A stretch of 64,000 bases of DNA, taken from NCBI GenBank assembly GCA_964016885.1, contig OZ024743.1:228036001-228100000 (forward strand), in the 5' to 3' direction. The position numbers and the translations under genes are program-made. The DNA is from Eledone cirrhosa. Its lineage: Eukaryota. Numbering within the stretch: the first letter of the stretch is position 1; each line of letters begins with the position of its first letter. Of this stretch, positions 51,506 through 64,000 are shown one piece after another. The notes under the pieces are model-generated. The model saw only the letters and a list, made by a program, of their open reading frames with translations, was not told where the DNA came from and did not search any database.

Positions 51506-53179
51506 GAACTATCGAGATTCTGAAGAAAAGGAGCGAGTAACTGAATTAGGTTTGTCAAATTCTTCGGTGCACCAGCGTGACCCAATTTTTACGGAATGGA
51601 TTTAGCACAGCAGAAGAATTTTTCCAGGAAGCCAAAAGCAGTGTGAAGTGGGTCAGCTCTAATCGAAACGATGTGTGATGGCGGCGGTGGCGATGGCGGG
51701 TAGGAATGAAAATGACGGAGTTGGTGTGGTGTGGTGAGGTGAAGTGAGGTGAGGGGTAAGGAATGAAAAACGAAGGAGGTGTAGTGTGGGGTGAGAGGGG
51801 GAAGTCAACATCTCCGTGAGACATGTTGGTCATTGCCCAAATATTTCGCTCTTACAGAAAAGAAAGATTAGATGAAAGAATGAAGGAATGAATGCAGGTT
51901 TATTACATATCGAGAGAGAGAAACGAGTGCATTGAATAGAAGAGCAGGCAGAGTAAAGCGACATCAACTGTAGCAGGGGACAATGAAATGACAAGCAACA
52001 CCCCACCCTCTACTAAAGAATGAATATCTATATATCAACTGTAAATGCTAGAGCATCTAACGTCGAACCATTCTTTTATAAAAGACATTCCACACGTAAC
52101 AGTGAATGAATCTTAGAACTATTATTCTAGCTATAAATCCTTCTAATTTATATATCTACAATACAAAAGGAACTAAATATTTGCCCCCACCACTACACTC
52201 TACCCCTTTTTTTTTATTCTGTGTAAAAATTCCGTCGGTTCCCCAAAGGCTAAAATTACTTGAATGGGAGAGATATAGATGCTAGAAATCAATTGAATTT
52301 AATTAGGTATGTGTATGTGTGTATTTGTATGGGGGTGGGAGACACGTGAGGTGAATGTAAGGGCCATAAACGTCGGCACTCATTAGATCACTGCTATTAA
52401 TTTGTATTAAATCATTCTTGTTTGTATTTAGATGAAGTGACCGTTTGGGAAATCTGCTTTAGACAAACTAAGTTAGACGTCGGAAGTTACGAATTTTGTG
52501 TTTATATAAAATGTTTGAAAGCAGTTTGAATATGTAAATAATTTAATATATAAATTTGTAGTTATCTTCAACACAATAAAAACAGAAAAGCGTATTTCAT
52601 TTTATTTTATTTTTGCCTTATAACATAAATAAATAATCCCTCGTATATGACGGGATCCTCAAAATATTTGTCTTCTATATTAAAGATTACTCTTTATCTC
52701 TCTCTCATTCGCTCTCACCTTAAATACCATTTCATGATAATATTTGATGCTATTTGTAACTTAAATTAATATGTATACTTAAAGAGGTCATATTCTTACT
52801 GCAATACCTTATATTGTTCCAGCAGACTTGGATCAGTTAAAGCTACAGAAGGTCTCTGCCCTGTTTGCTTATGTCAACCTGAACACTTTAAGAAGGAGTT
52901 TCAATCTTGAGATTTCAAGGATAGTTTTAGCGGTTTTAAGTTTTTTATCCACTCGCCATATTCACAGCGTAAAACTATTTCTGTGCGTGCGTATAGATAC
53001 ACACGCACACACACACATATATATATACATATATATATTGGGCTAACACCCACCTTGTATGTCTGAGATGGGGATAGAGAGACAGAAAAAAACTTGATTG
53101 AAAAACATCTGTAGTGAATAATTAACGTCCATTACACAAGAATACGCGGGCGCTTGTATATTCTCTCCCTCTCTCTCTG

Positions 53180-53267
<88 letters not shown>

Positions 53268-53301
53268 CACAAATATATATATATACACAAATATATATAT
53301 A

Positions 53302-53342
<41 letters not shown>

Positions 53343-53346
53343 TTAT

Positions 53347-53378
<32 letters not shown>

Positions 53379-54029
53379 CACATACCACACGCTGGAATTG
53401 TGGTGGCGGGGATGTTGAAGTAAAGCAGAAAAAATAAAAATATGGAAAGTCTGAGTAAGTAGGGGAAAAAATGGCAAAGAATTCATATTAAAATTATCTA
53501 CAGAGATCTTTTCCCTTTCATCTTTTAAAAATGAAATAATGATAATGCGTATGTATGTGTCTGTGTACGTATGTGTGCATGTAGATGTGTGTGTATATAC
53601 TAGTGAGGCAACAATGTAATGATGCTGAGAACACACCTTTCAATCATTAACAAACAAACACATGTAGTCAAGAATATAGCAATGGGTTTGAAGAGCGAAG
53701 ATAGTTTTCAAGGAGTTGTTTTCTTTCGGCTAAAGGCCAAATCAAAATGACCAATCAATGTGGTCTTCATTACCCCATTCCTTCTTTTCCGCCATTATCA
53801 TTATGATCACTATTATTATTATTATTATCTATATAGAGCTATATTAAGAAGACTGAAATACTAAGGAAGGCCTTCGGTCATGTTTCGTCTCGTCTCTTGT
53901 ATAGTCATGTGACGTTCACTCAAGTCCTAACCGCCAACATTACCACTGCTATTACAATCGAACTGTAAAGAGAACATCTACTTTGACGATTGACTTGCTA
54001 GAAATGTCAGCCAAATCATCCTCATATTT

Positions 54030-54141
54030 CGACTCCGGAAGGCAAAGTTGACCGGGGCAGGATTTGAACTCAGAACGTAAAGAACCGTAACTAAATGCTT
54101 ACAAAGCATTTTGTTTAACGCTCTAACGATTCTGTCAATCC
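54030..54141 (-). mobile_element. SINE family A head, diverged
   Basis: aaggcaaagttgacc..gatttgaactcagaacgtaaag..gattctgtcaatcc. Confidence 0.75.
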
Positions 54142-54656
54142 TCGTAATAAACTGAAATATGGTTGAGACGTTTTGTTGTTAGTAAATTGTGTTTCTGAAT
54201 GGTTTTGAGGTGAGAGAGAAAGAGAGGTAGAGGAGGATGAACTGTAGAGCTGAAGTAATGATAGTGATGTCTGAGTATAAAACAAGGTGAGGTGATGGAG
54301 GGGAAGAAAGAACGGAAGTGAGGATAGGATATGAGAGGAAAGATGGGGGTGAGTGAAAGAAAAATGTGAAAATAATTTCCGTTTTTTTTCTTTTTTTGGA
54401 TCGATTAAATAGTGAGTAAGTAGTAAATGTAAGAAAGCTACCAGTTCAGGTTAACAGCGATTAGTCAACAGAAAGCAACAAGCTAGCAAGCCTATAATAA
54501 ATAAAAACGATGGATGATGGTGGTTTTATCGGAGAAGACATATTTCCAAACAACTATAACACGTTTTACATTGTTGTTTATTTAGCATTGTTTACCGTTG
54601 TTTGGGCAATATTAAAATTTCAAGTACAAATAATTAGTAGTCGTATTCATTATGTT

Positions 54657-54940
54657 ATTCTTTTACTGGTTTTGAGCTAGTAGACTACGGCCATGCTAGG
54701 ATACAGCCTTTGATTTAATCAATCATATCATTACATATATTTTCAAGCCTGGGACTTATTTTATCGATCTCTTTAGGTTGAACCGCTAAGTTACAAGACA
54801 TATACAGACAGCCTTCTGTAGCTTCTGTCTAACAATTCTTTGTACAAAGCATTGGTCAACCCGAGTCTATAAAAGACACTTGCCAAAAGTGTCGACGGTA
54901 GGACTTTAGCAGAGACCACATATCCATGTCCGTGCCTATG
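54657..54940 (-). mobile_element. Composite SINE: family C body with family D 3' end
   Basis: cttttact..gactacggccatgct, ttattttatcgatc, aagacacttgccaaa. Confidence 0.6.
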
Positions 54941-56436
54941 TATAATATGAATATGTATGCGAGGAATAAAAACGAAATCTACTCACAAAATATGTCTGCG
55001 ATTGGAACTCCCCGTCTGCTAAGGGAACATACATTTCTTTGGAAATGTTAACTTTTCTCTCTCTCCCTTTATTTCGATAGACCAAAGGGCATAATTGTTT
55101 TATATCGTTTTTCCACGGGGTAGGAGAATGTCAGAGAGGCGAAATTTCTAACTCTCGAAAATACTGTCAAGGGTTGAGTTTGCAGGGTAATGAACTCTTA
55201 ACATCGTGTACCGCAAATGTTCAAAACATACTATAAGCATCTGAATTTGCAAAGCAGTTTTTAGGTATTTTCTGTTAAATTATTATGAGAAGTTAAGGGT
55301 GACATATTTGAAAAGTATAAAATAGCAGTATGACTGCACCACATTAAAAATAAGAATCTTTACCAATTGCTACAGATTTATTTTAACGATCTGTCCACTA
55401 ATAAGGACATTATAACTATTTTAATTAACAGTATTAAGATATTTTCTACTAAGTCAATGCAGGATGTTAAGTATGAAACCTAATATTTTCAAGAGAAGGA
55501 AAACGAGAAATTTATACAGCATCAAACTGGAAATTGAAACTGAGCGGTGAACTCAGCTGACCGGAAGTTTGGCTTTATTTAACGGTGCTCATCATTCAAA
55601 TTATAAACGCATGAAAAGACAGAAAATTGCGATGCTTTTATGCTTGGTCTTGAGACATCTTTGAAAGTCAATGAAGAGATCCATAACCTAACCAACTGAA
55701 ACGGCTTCCAGACTCAAATTGCTTAAAATATTACACAAGCCTCACTAAGTTTCTTAGATTAAATGACGCCAGAGAAAAAACGCCATGGACACACACACAC
55801 ACAACGTTTGAAGTCTCTTCAGTTGCATAGAGTTGGAAGAGGTGTTAACGGCGTCTAAGTTTCTGATTTTCACCTGTATGTATGAGTCAGTGTAAGAGTG
55901 CATATAAACATATATATATGTATGTATATGTGTGTGTGTGTGTAGGACCTTTTGAAATTTGTTTGAAATATATATGTGAATTTCTCATTTCCCTAGGTGA
56001 CATGAAAAGCCTGACTGGCGTCATTTTATTGAAATAATATAACTCGCATGACAAAGGAGGAAACAAATATCAGTCGAAATATTGCCCACAAACTCTGGAA
56101 AAAACAAGAACACCATATAAAAACATTCAATCATAAATGTTTGTTATTTATATATTTTTTTCTATTAAATGTATGGAGGTGGAGAAGGGGATTGAATATA
56201 GAATAATGTCAATAGCATACAAGACCCAAAGAAATCAAAAATTTAGAAGCATAATAGTACAAAATAGTTTGTTTTATATCCATGACGAAATTCTTGCGAA
56301 TTTCGGAAGTGCTTAAATCAAGCGTAATAAAACTTCATTGTCAAGCAACTTCATTTAGATGGTAGGATAGTTTTTTAATAAAGAGGTGGTTAATTCAACA
56401 GATTAAGAAAGGACCATAGGGTTAGGTTATCAATAG

Positions 56437-56652
56437 ATGTATGTATGTATGTATGTATGTATGCATGCATGCATGTATGTATGTATGTAGGTATATGTGT
56501 GTATGTATGAAGGTATGTATATATGTATAAAGGTATGTATATATGTATGAAGGTATGTGAGTATGAAGATATGTATGTATGAATATAGGGTTAGTTTATC
56601 AATGCATCTATATGTATGTAGGTGGTTCTGTATGTATGTATGTATGGATGGA
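56437..56652. repeat. (TATG)n degenerate microsatellite
   Basis: Direct inspection. Confidence 0.9.
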
Positions 56653-57564
56653 TATATCAAAGTATGAAAAATAGTTCAAAGAGAGGTGACGGAATGTTTT
56701 GCGGAGAAGGCCCAACAGTCGGATGGCTTATCAGAAATTTCGGATATTGAGGGGATAGCTGCTAATCGGCCGAATTAATCTGACAATCGATCAGATATAT
56801 TCACAAGATAGCAGCCACCTGTGAAAAGAAATTGAAAGAAAAGGGGCGGTAGGGGAAGAAACTTTTAACTACATATACACATACTTCATTACACATACAC
56901 ACACTTCTTAAACCTAACTAAACGAATGTAGAAAAGCTTACTGATTGTCACCAGTCACGCACAGTCAATGCCCCATCCCCCGTCATACCCCTACAGAAGA
57001 GTTTGTTACAACAGTAAAATGAAAATAAAAAAAAAAGATTGTATGACAAATGGTTTGTGAGTTGTTACTTTATTGTTCCTTGCCGTGTGGTTATTGTTGT
57101 TATTATGATCGTTGTATTGGTGAAGGTGGCGGTGGTGGTGATATGTAGAGTGTTCATTCATTGTACTTCTTCACAGAGAGCAGTCATAAAAGAGGGATAG
57201 AACAGGATAATTACGTACCGTGAAAATACTTTTGGGGGACACAGAATGTGTGAATATTAAGAGTAGTTAAATTGAACTGACTAAACTGGTTATTCTACAC
57301 ACACGCGCGCACTGTGAATAAAGAGTAAGTAGAGTTTGTATTCAGTGTATACATAAAAATAGAGCCAAGCTCTCTGAATATGGCGACTGGGAAAAAAAAG
57401 TCCAGCCAACTCCCCACGCAACTTCAGAACAGAAACACCCTTTAGTTGGTACATAAACGTGCGTTACAAAACAAGAATTTTTCAGCCAGCAAACATATAG
57501 CAGCAAAATCCACCTGCCGATGGTATCCAGTAAAAGGAAGTTAAAAAACATCACTAACTTCTAC

Positions 57565-57892
57565 TAGTATCGTTAGCGCATCGGACCTTATGCTTTGCAG
57601 CATATAGTTACGACCCTTTACATTCTGAGTTCACATTCCGCGGTGATTAGCTTTGCTTTCATTCTTAAGGTGTCGATAAAATAAAGTGCCAGTAACGTAC
57701 TGGGGTCGATTTAATCGAATTTCCCCGAAAATTCTTGGCCCTGTGCCTTAATCAGAAACCATTACTATTGTGAATTCAAATCCCGCCGAGGTTAACTTTA
57801 CCTTTCATCCTTACTGGATATACCAGTACTGGAAGTACCAGTAATGCACTGGGGTAATTGCTGGCCTTGTACCAAAAGTAGAAACAATTATT

Positions 57893-57893
<1 letters not shown>
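57565..57893 (+). mobile_element. Two tandem family A SINEs (long-tail 57565-57765, truncated short-tail 57775-57893)
   Basis: Head, core and tail motifs. Confidence 0.85.
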
Positions 57894-57923
<30 letters not shown>

Positions 57924-58142
57924 ACCAAATGATTCAAGAGAAATTCTTGAGTGGCTAAAAAGCAGAAAAGAAAAAAAAAAAAAAAAAAAAAGAGAGAGGG
58001 GAGACGAGACATGGAAAATACTGGATGGGGCTGGGAGCTACTGAAACCAACTTTATTTTTCTTTCTTGTTGCTAAGACCAAGAACATTAACGAAGGATAA
58101 TTTAGGTCAATGTAAGAAAGACTGCAAAGAAGAAGAACAAAA

Positions 58143-58195
58143 GAAGAAAAAGAAAAAGAAAAAGAAAAAGAAAAAGAAAAAGAAAAAGAAGAAAA
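58143..58195. repeat. (GAAAAA)n repeat
   Basis: Direct inspection. Confidence 0.9.
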
Positions 58196-59450
58196 TTTAA
58201 CTCCCGTTTCGGAAAGATGATATTTTGTTAAACTGGTTTAAAGAGAAAAGGAGAGGAAAAACAGAAGGGAGGGAGGTCCCGTGGAGTTAATAACGGCATC
58301 GACAAAGCTGATATTTTTTGACAATGAATAAATATGATTGGAATATTGCGCTGGCATACGTGTGTGAGTGTGTGTTATCAGGTCGGATACTCTGAACAAC
58401 AGCAGCAGCAGAACATCAAACATAATATAATGTCGAAATCCCAACTGAGGCCGTAACAACATTATTTTTATGTGTTGATATACAGAGAGAGAGAGAGAGA
58501 GAGGGAGGACTGCGTGTAACACAACCTTTGAAGGCTCTCCCTATTTCCTACTTCACTCTCTGTTTCCCTCTCTCTCACACACACACCTACCTACTCCTGG
58601 CAATATGTGATTTTTGTGATCTGAGCTGAGAGAGAGAGAGAGAGATGGAGGGAGAAAGAAAGAGAGTGAGAAAGAGAGAAAGGGTAACAGCTGAAGAAAC
58701 GAAAAGAGAGAGAGAAAAAGAAAGAGAGGTGGGGGGGGGTGATCATTGTACGAAGAAGACATCACATTGAAATGATATCGCTGTATAGAATATGCGATAT
58801 TCTAGGGATAATAATAATAATGATGACGATAACTGAGATGTTGAGAGCAACATTCGATAAATGTAAAGGGGGATTGGAGGGGCTAAGGTAACTAGAATAT
58901 ACAGCTGGGAATATATTGTAATATATCTGATTCGTGTCAAACCCCAACTGCGACTAGTATTACTGAATCTCCGAGTTCGTTCCTTCACGCTTCAAGACGC
59001 TTATCAAAATATTTATTAACGTTCACTTTATGTATGTATGTATATATGCCGCAAATGTGAAACAAAGATCAATATATATATATATATATATAACTCCTTA
59101 GGCAAAATATTTGTGGGTGTACTGTATTATTTGCTACTCAAGTGGGCATGATAATTTGTGATACTTTTCTGAATAACTGATATTCAGAATGTACACCATG
59201 TTTTCCATCCTACTATATATATATACGCTTATATTTCAACGCTTATTATATCTGTTTGTATTGTTGTTTTATGGAGATGTACTCTTAGTAGGATGGAAAA
59301 CATAACCGAATTGACGAATGCGAGAATGAGTGTTCAGTACCATAGTAGAGATTCATAGTTTATCAAGCTTCTCGTTACTCGCTCATCAAACAGACGGTTC
59401 TATATATATCTCTGTGTGTGTGTGTGTGTGTGTATAGAGAGAGAGAAGAG

Positions 59451-59512
<62 letters not shown>

Positions 59513-59773
59513 TTTTACAGATGGTGTGCATATGAATGTATATATAGTACATATCTAGAATCGAATCACCATACAAGATCCATAGCTTAGAGTTCAGATA
59601 GAAACGTACAATAGTATAGGTTAGTTAGTACCTGTTATAGACGCAAGCAGAAAGTAAATCTCGACTCGTGCAATTTTAAAGAACCAGAAAACGTGACAGG
59701 TGGAGTTTTAACTGACACTGTATCCAATCGACCGGAGAACGACGGAAGGTAAAGCTGATCTAGATGATAGAAC

Positions 59774-59853
59774 TAGGGCGCCTATCATTAAAATACCCCA
59801 TAAACCTCCTATGAGATGCAACCACGTTAAGTGCCCAGCTAAAACTACATGGG
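59774..59853 (+). mobile_element. Family E module
   Basis: cctatcattaaaatacccc..cctcctatgagatgcaacc..cagctaaa. Confidence 0.6.
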
Positions 59854-62719
59854 CATGAGAAGTAACAACAAACTTGATTTGGGACATGAGTGTTCTCTTT
59901 TTTGCTGTAGTTTGAGTTTACAAATACCAAATATTCTTATTCCCTTTGTCAATGCGTTAATTATACACAAATTGTGGAATTTGAGTGTGCATTTATTCAG
60001 ATGAAAAACTGCATGTATTTCTGATGTTCAACAAAGCGCCATTGTTGAGCAAGTAATGGCCAACTGACAGCTGTGTCGGTTAATTGCCGACAGTCGTTGG
60101 AGACTGAAACGAACAACAACAGACGTTAAAATCTACAGGTAGAGGTAACCTTCAAGTCATTGATTACTCGGAAACAAGTTCATCAGTAAAGTGTAACTGC
60201 TTTATAGGAAATTGAGAACGACACTAAGTGGTATATGTGCGAGTGTATGTTTGTTTGCACGCATGCATATGTGTGTATATATATAATACGCAACAGCAAA
60301 TATACAGATATATAGATTAGAGGAAGAGAGAGGGATAGGAGAAGGGAGAAGTAAGCAATATGGCTTCTTGAGATGCTCAGTAATTGAATGTTTGCATTTT
60401 GTGATAGTGTGCACATAAAGGACAATCAATCGCGTGTATTGATCTGGACCACCAGCAGACGTAAAGGAAGTCATTTTGATGATGAAAACAACAACAACCA
60501 CAGCAGTAACAAACAGAACCACGACATAGTAACTACTATTGTAGTGTACAATGCTTACCTATTCATTAATCTATCTATCTATTTGAATAGGCATCTAGCT
60601 TCAAGCAGTATCAATAATAACTACTGTTCCAGACATCTTACATGCATACACTCACACATGCATGCACCCACATACACAAAACAGGTCTTACTATTCTCCT
60701 GTATTCTGAGTACAATTGTGTAGGTGATAACTGTTAAAACAAACATAATTAATATGACTGTGTAAAAAGTATGTATGTGTGTATGTTTGTATATAAATGT
60801 GTTTGTACATTGGTACTTTGCTAACAACAATAGTCTAATTAAATATATATTGTTATGCAAATGTGCGAGTGTGTATGCATGTATGCATATATGTGCGTAT
60901 GACAGAACATATACACGTACACACAATATATGTATATATGTGTGAATATATATATGCATACACTCATGTAAATGCATGCACTCGTATTTACTAACTAAAT
61001 AATTCAACCAGTCATTTGTGTGTAACAGCTTTAGACGGTCTACACTGACTTATGGTCGCCATCGCTCTATATGCTTCACTGAGCAGGTTAATAGCAGATT
61101 TTTACCTGAAACAATACCATTCACTCTTAATGGTCTTAACCAGCCATGTGAAACACTAACGTTTCAGGTTCACTCCAACAGAGGAGTTAGTAGGTTACAA
61201 ATTTGCTGCGACAATGAGGCAACATCCATCTGAGGTTTTGCACTTCAGAGATACAGAATGAGCTGACAAAGGAGAAACATAGCATATGATAAACTTTGAT
61301 TGGTTGATTTGTTGTGTAACCGTTTGTCACTATATATCAGGGTTTCTCAAAGTGGTTCATACAGGGCCCTAGAGATGAATACAATTTTAACAGGTGTGAA
61401 TAAAAGCTAAAGGATCCCTAAAAGGATCTTGTACATTAGATATGCTTTGTAATTCTATATTCGATTTATTTGTTTAAGGATGAAGAGACGTATAATCTTG
61501 TCTGATGACTGTACGCTAACTGTACTCTCATTGAAAATTATCCAATGTTTTTCGTATTAGTCTGTTGCTATTGTTTAGTCACAAGTGAGCCCTGATCAAG
61601 CATAGCTATAGTCAAAGAGTAAAAGGTGTTCCACGCACTCAATTCGGTCTTGGTTTCCAGCATAGTATAGAGTAAAGAATCGTAACTGAATACTGCACAG
61701 CATTTTGTCTAACTCCCTAATTATTCCAGCACCACCTTTCTAAGATGTCCAGGAATAAATAATGATACCTCGCTAACTCAGTTCCCGAGACGATACTTCA
61801 CCCCATGCTACCCCACCATGTCACCATTTTCAACTATCGGTTTAGTTTACTGTATGTCAATGGCGAAATTTTATTGCAAAAATATAAAGTCTGGCCTCGA
61901 ACACAATAGAATTTCAATGACATTAATCGGCAATATCTAAACTGGTATCAGAATATCTAGAATAATGCACAGTTGATTGATAAAACTGACAAGATGAAAA
62001 ATGGTGATCGATGCGTAAGATATGTGATCACGCTAAATCGGGTTAATTACAATGCTGATCAATTCATATCCAGCTCTTTATTTTTGAGATTAAATGCATC
62101 AATCTCTAAACACTGAGCGAAATAAGTAGCCGAAAGAAATTTAATCACACCCCTGACCATCTTTCCCGCCACACAGACGCACACCAAGATAGATGGATGG
62201 TTAGAAAGAAGCGGGGAAGGTAGTGAGGGGTGGAATATGACTACCAAGTTGAAATAAAACAAATACGTTTCAAATTTAATGCAAAACTAACAGGTGACAT
62301 AGCAATTAATATATATGGATTTGGACATATTTCTTAGAATCACAAAAGTAATCTATTACGACAGTCAATATTAAATGCTCGACTTTTTCTGATTAACCTA
62401 GACTACAACACTACAACATATTTAAACTGGATCGCTTCTTGTACCTGACTGCATCGATTAAATCGAAACAGGATTTTCTTGCACCCGAATGTAATCGATT
62501 AGATCAGGTTAATTCTATTGGCATTATCGTTGAACCTTGAGCAAATTGATCGATTGGCATCGATTCTTTAGAAAAGTCGACAAAACATTGTTAACTGATA
62601 GCATATTGGAATGTCACAAGCGCCTATAGAAGCCAGTCCGAAAATGTTCTCAAACATTTCAAAATAGAAAAACAAACTAGAAATTTGATCCGATATAATT
62701 TTTTTATTACATTCTTATA

Positions 62720-63087
62720 GGGTGGTAAACTTGGCAGAATCTTTCGAGCGTCGGACAAAAAGCTTCTCAATATTTTTTGGTGGTCTTTTGAATTCAAATC
62801 TCACCTATGTCAACTTTGCCTCTCATCCTCCTGGCGTTAATAAAATAAAGTACCAATCAAGTACTGGAACTGAGCTAATCAACTTCTTCACCCCCCCCCC
62901 CATTATTGGCCTTGTGTCTAAATTACAAATCATCAGTGGATGTTCATGGAATTGGTAGAATCATTAAAACATCGGACAAAAAATATGCAGTATGCGGCTC
63001 TTTACTTTCTAAGTTAAAATTCCGGTGTCGATTATTTCCCTTCCTCATAAATTTGCTGGCCTTGTGCATAAATGTGAAACCATTATT
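62720..63087 (+). mobile_element. Two old tandem family A SINEs
   Basis: ttggcagaatc..gaattcaaatc..taaaataaagtacca..ggccttgtg; second copy ends tgctggccttgtgcataaatgtgaaaccatta. Confidence 0.75.
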
Positions 63088-63858
63088 ACCTTCTTCGGAT
63101 TGGCGTGTTACTGAACAGTAGCCCAAATGCTTTCTTTTATTCACTTAGTTTTTTTTTTTCTTTTTCAGAATATTAAAAAATAGTTTTCGATTGACTAATC
63201 GTCAAAAATCATGGTAAACACGCAAACATAATAAATTAGATTATGTTTGACGAAAAAATATTTTTTTTTAAATTCATGTGTTTGGTAGTACTTAGTATAA
63301 AATGGAAAATCTCGTGGTTTAAAGTCAAAAAGATCAAAGAGAATATTCGAGAAATAGAAACAAAATATTGAAAAAAAACTATAATAATAATAATAATAAA
63401 CAAAAACAACAGATCGATGGAAACAAAGATATAAAAAAAGGTTTCAGTAAAGGAATGATTATTCCTAATCTTATGCATAAGAGGAAAAATTGATTTCTCC
63501 CCTCGCCCCCTCATCAAAATCGAACATAGTGAGAAATATTTTAAATTTTTTCCTTTCAATTCTTCATTTGAAAAAAGAAAGTACTTTGTCATTGCAAGAA
63601 GTGATAAAGGTAGTGAGGTGTCAGAAACGGTATGGTATGAAGAGAGCAACAGATTTCTGAAAGTAGCTCATAATATTTAGTTTAGTTGTATTGTAAATTA
63701 CTTGCATCTGGCCAACACTGATTGACATAAGCTTTTCATTTCTCTCGAATCATTGTAGAAGTTATTCGGTAGCAAATTGGCAGACTCCTTAGGACGTCGG
63801 AGTAAATATCTCCGTATCGACATTTTAAAACCTGGTGGAGCCATATCCTATCCAGGTC

Positions 63859-63861
<3 letters not shown>

Positions 63862-63955
<94 letters not shown>
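63862..63955. repeat. (TG)n microsatellite
   Basis: Direct inspection. Confidence 0.95.
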
Positions 63956-63956
<1 letters not shown>

Positions 63957-64000
63957 TTATTATTATAAAAATTACTTCTACAAGACTAGAACATTTTCAT

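Noticed and set aside
50456-51585. S/L/P/F-rich ORFs
   Set aside because: Polypurine low-complexity tract
61106-61262. Minus-strand 157-nt segment with good acceptor and donor sites
   Set aside because: Stops in all three frames; no evidence of use
61338-61351. hAT-like TIR cagggtttctcaaa
   Set aside because: No matching second terminus or 8-bp TSD found

Overview
AT-rich eukaryotic non-coding DNA, probably intronic or intergenic, dominated by (TA)n, (CA)n, (GA)n and (TACA)n microsatellites. The repeat content resembles what I recall of octopus (coleoid cephalopod) genomes, but that is inference and no search was run. No credible protein-coding exon was found, and the long ORFs in the track are microsatellite read-through. 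The window holds more than 25 copies or fragments of one tRNA-derived SINE (young short-tailed and older long-tailed forms, several with TSDs and in tandem arrays), other SINE-like families, a 176-bp non-autonomous Helitron, a LINE-like 3' end and several local tandem duplications. The main hidden signal is a set of short islands in or beside (TA)n tracts that carry type I hammerhead-ribozyme cores (CUGANGA...GAAA...NUH), often followed by AATAAA, the known signature of Penelope-like retroelement termini. Two related islands fold back into near-perfect palindromes at the same point, keeping only the 3' half of the ribozyme. Also seen: recurrent (TA)n-centred foldback palindromes, a candidate microexon with a UGC-containing acceptor, and two promoter-like motif clusters.
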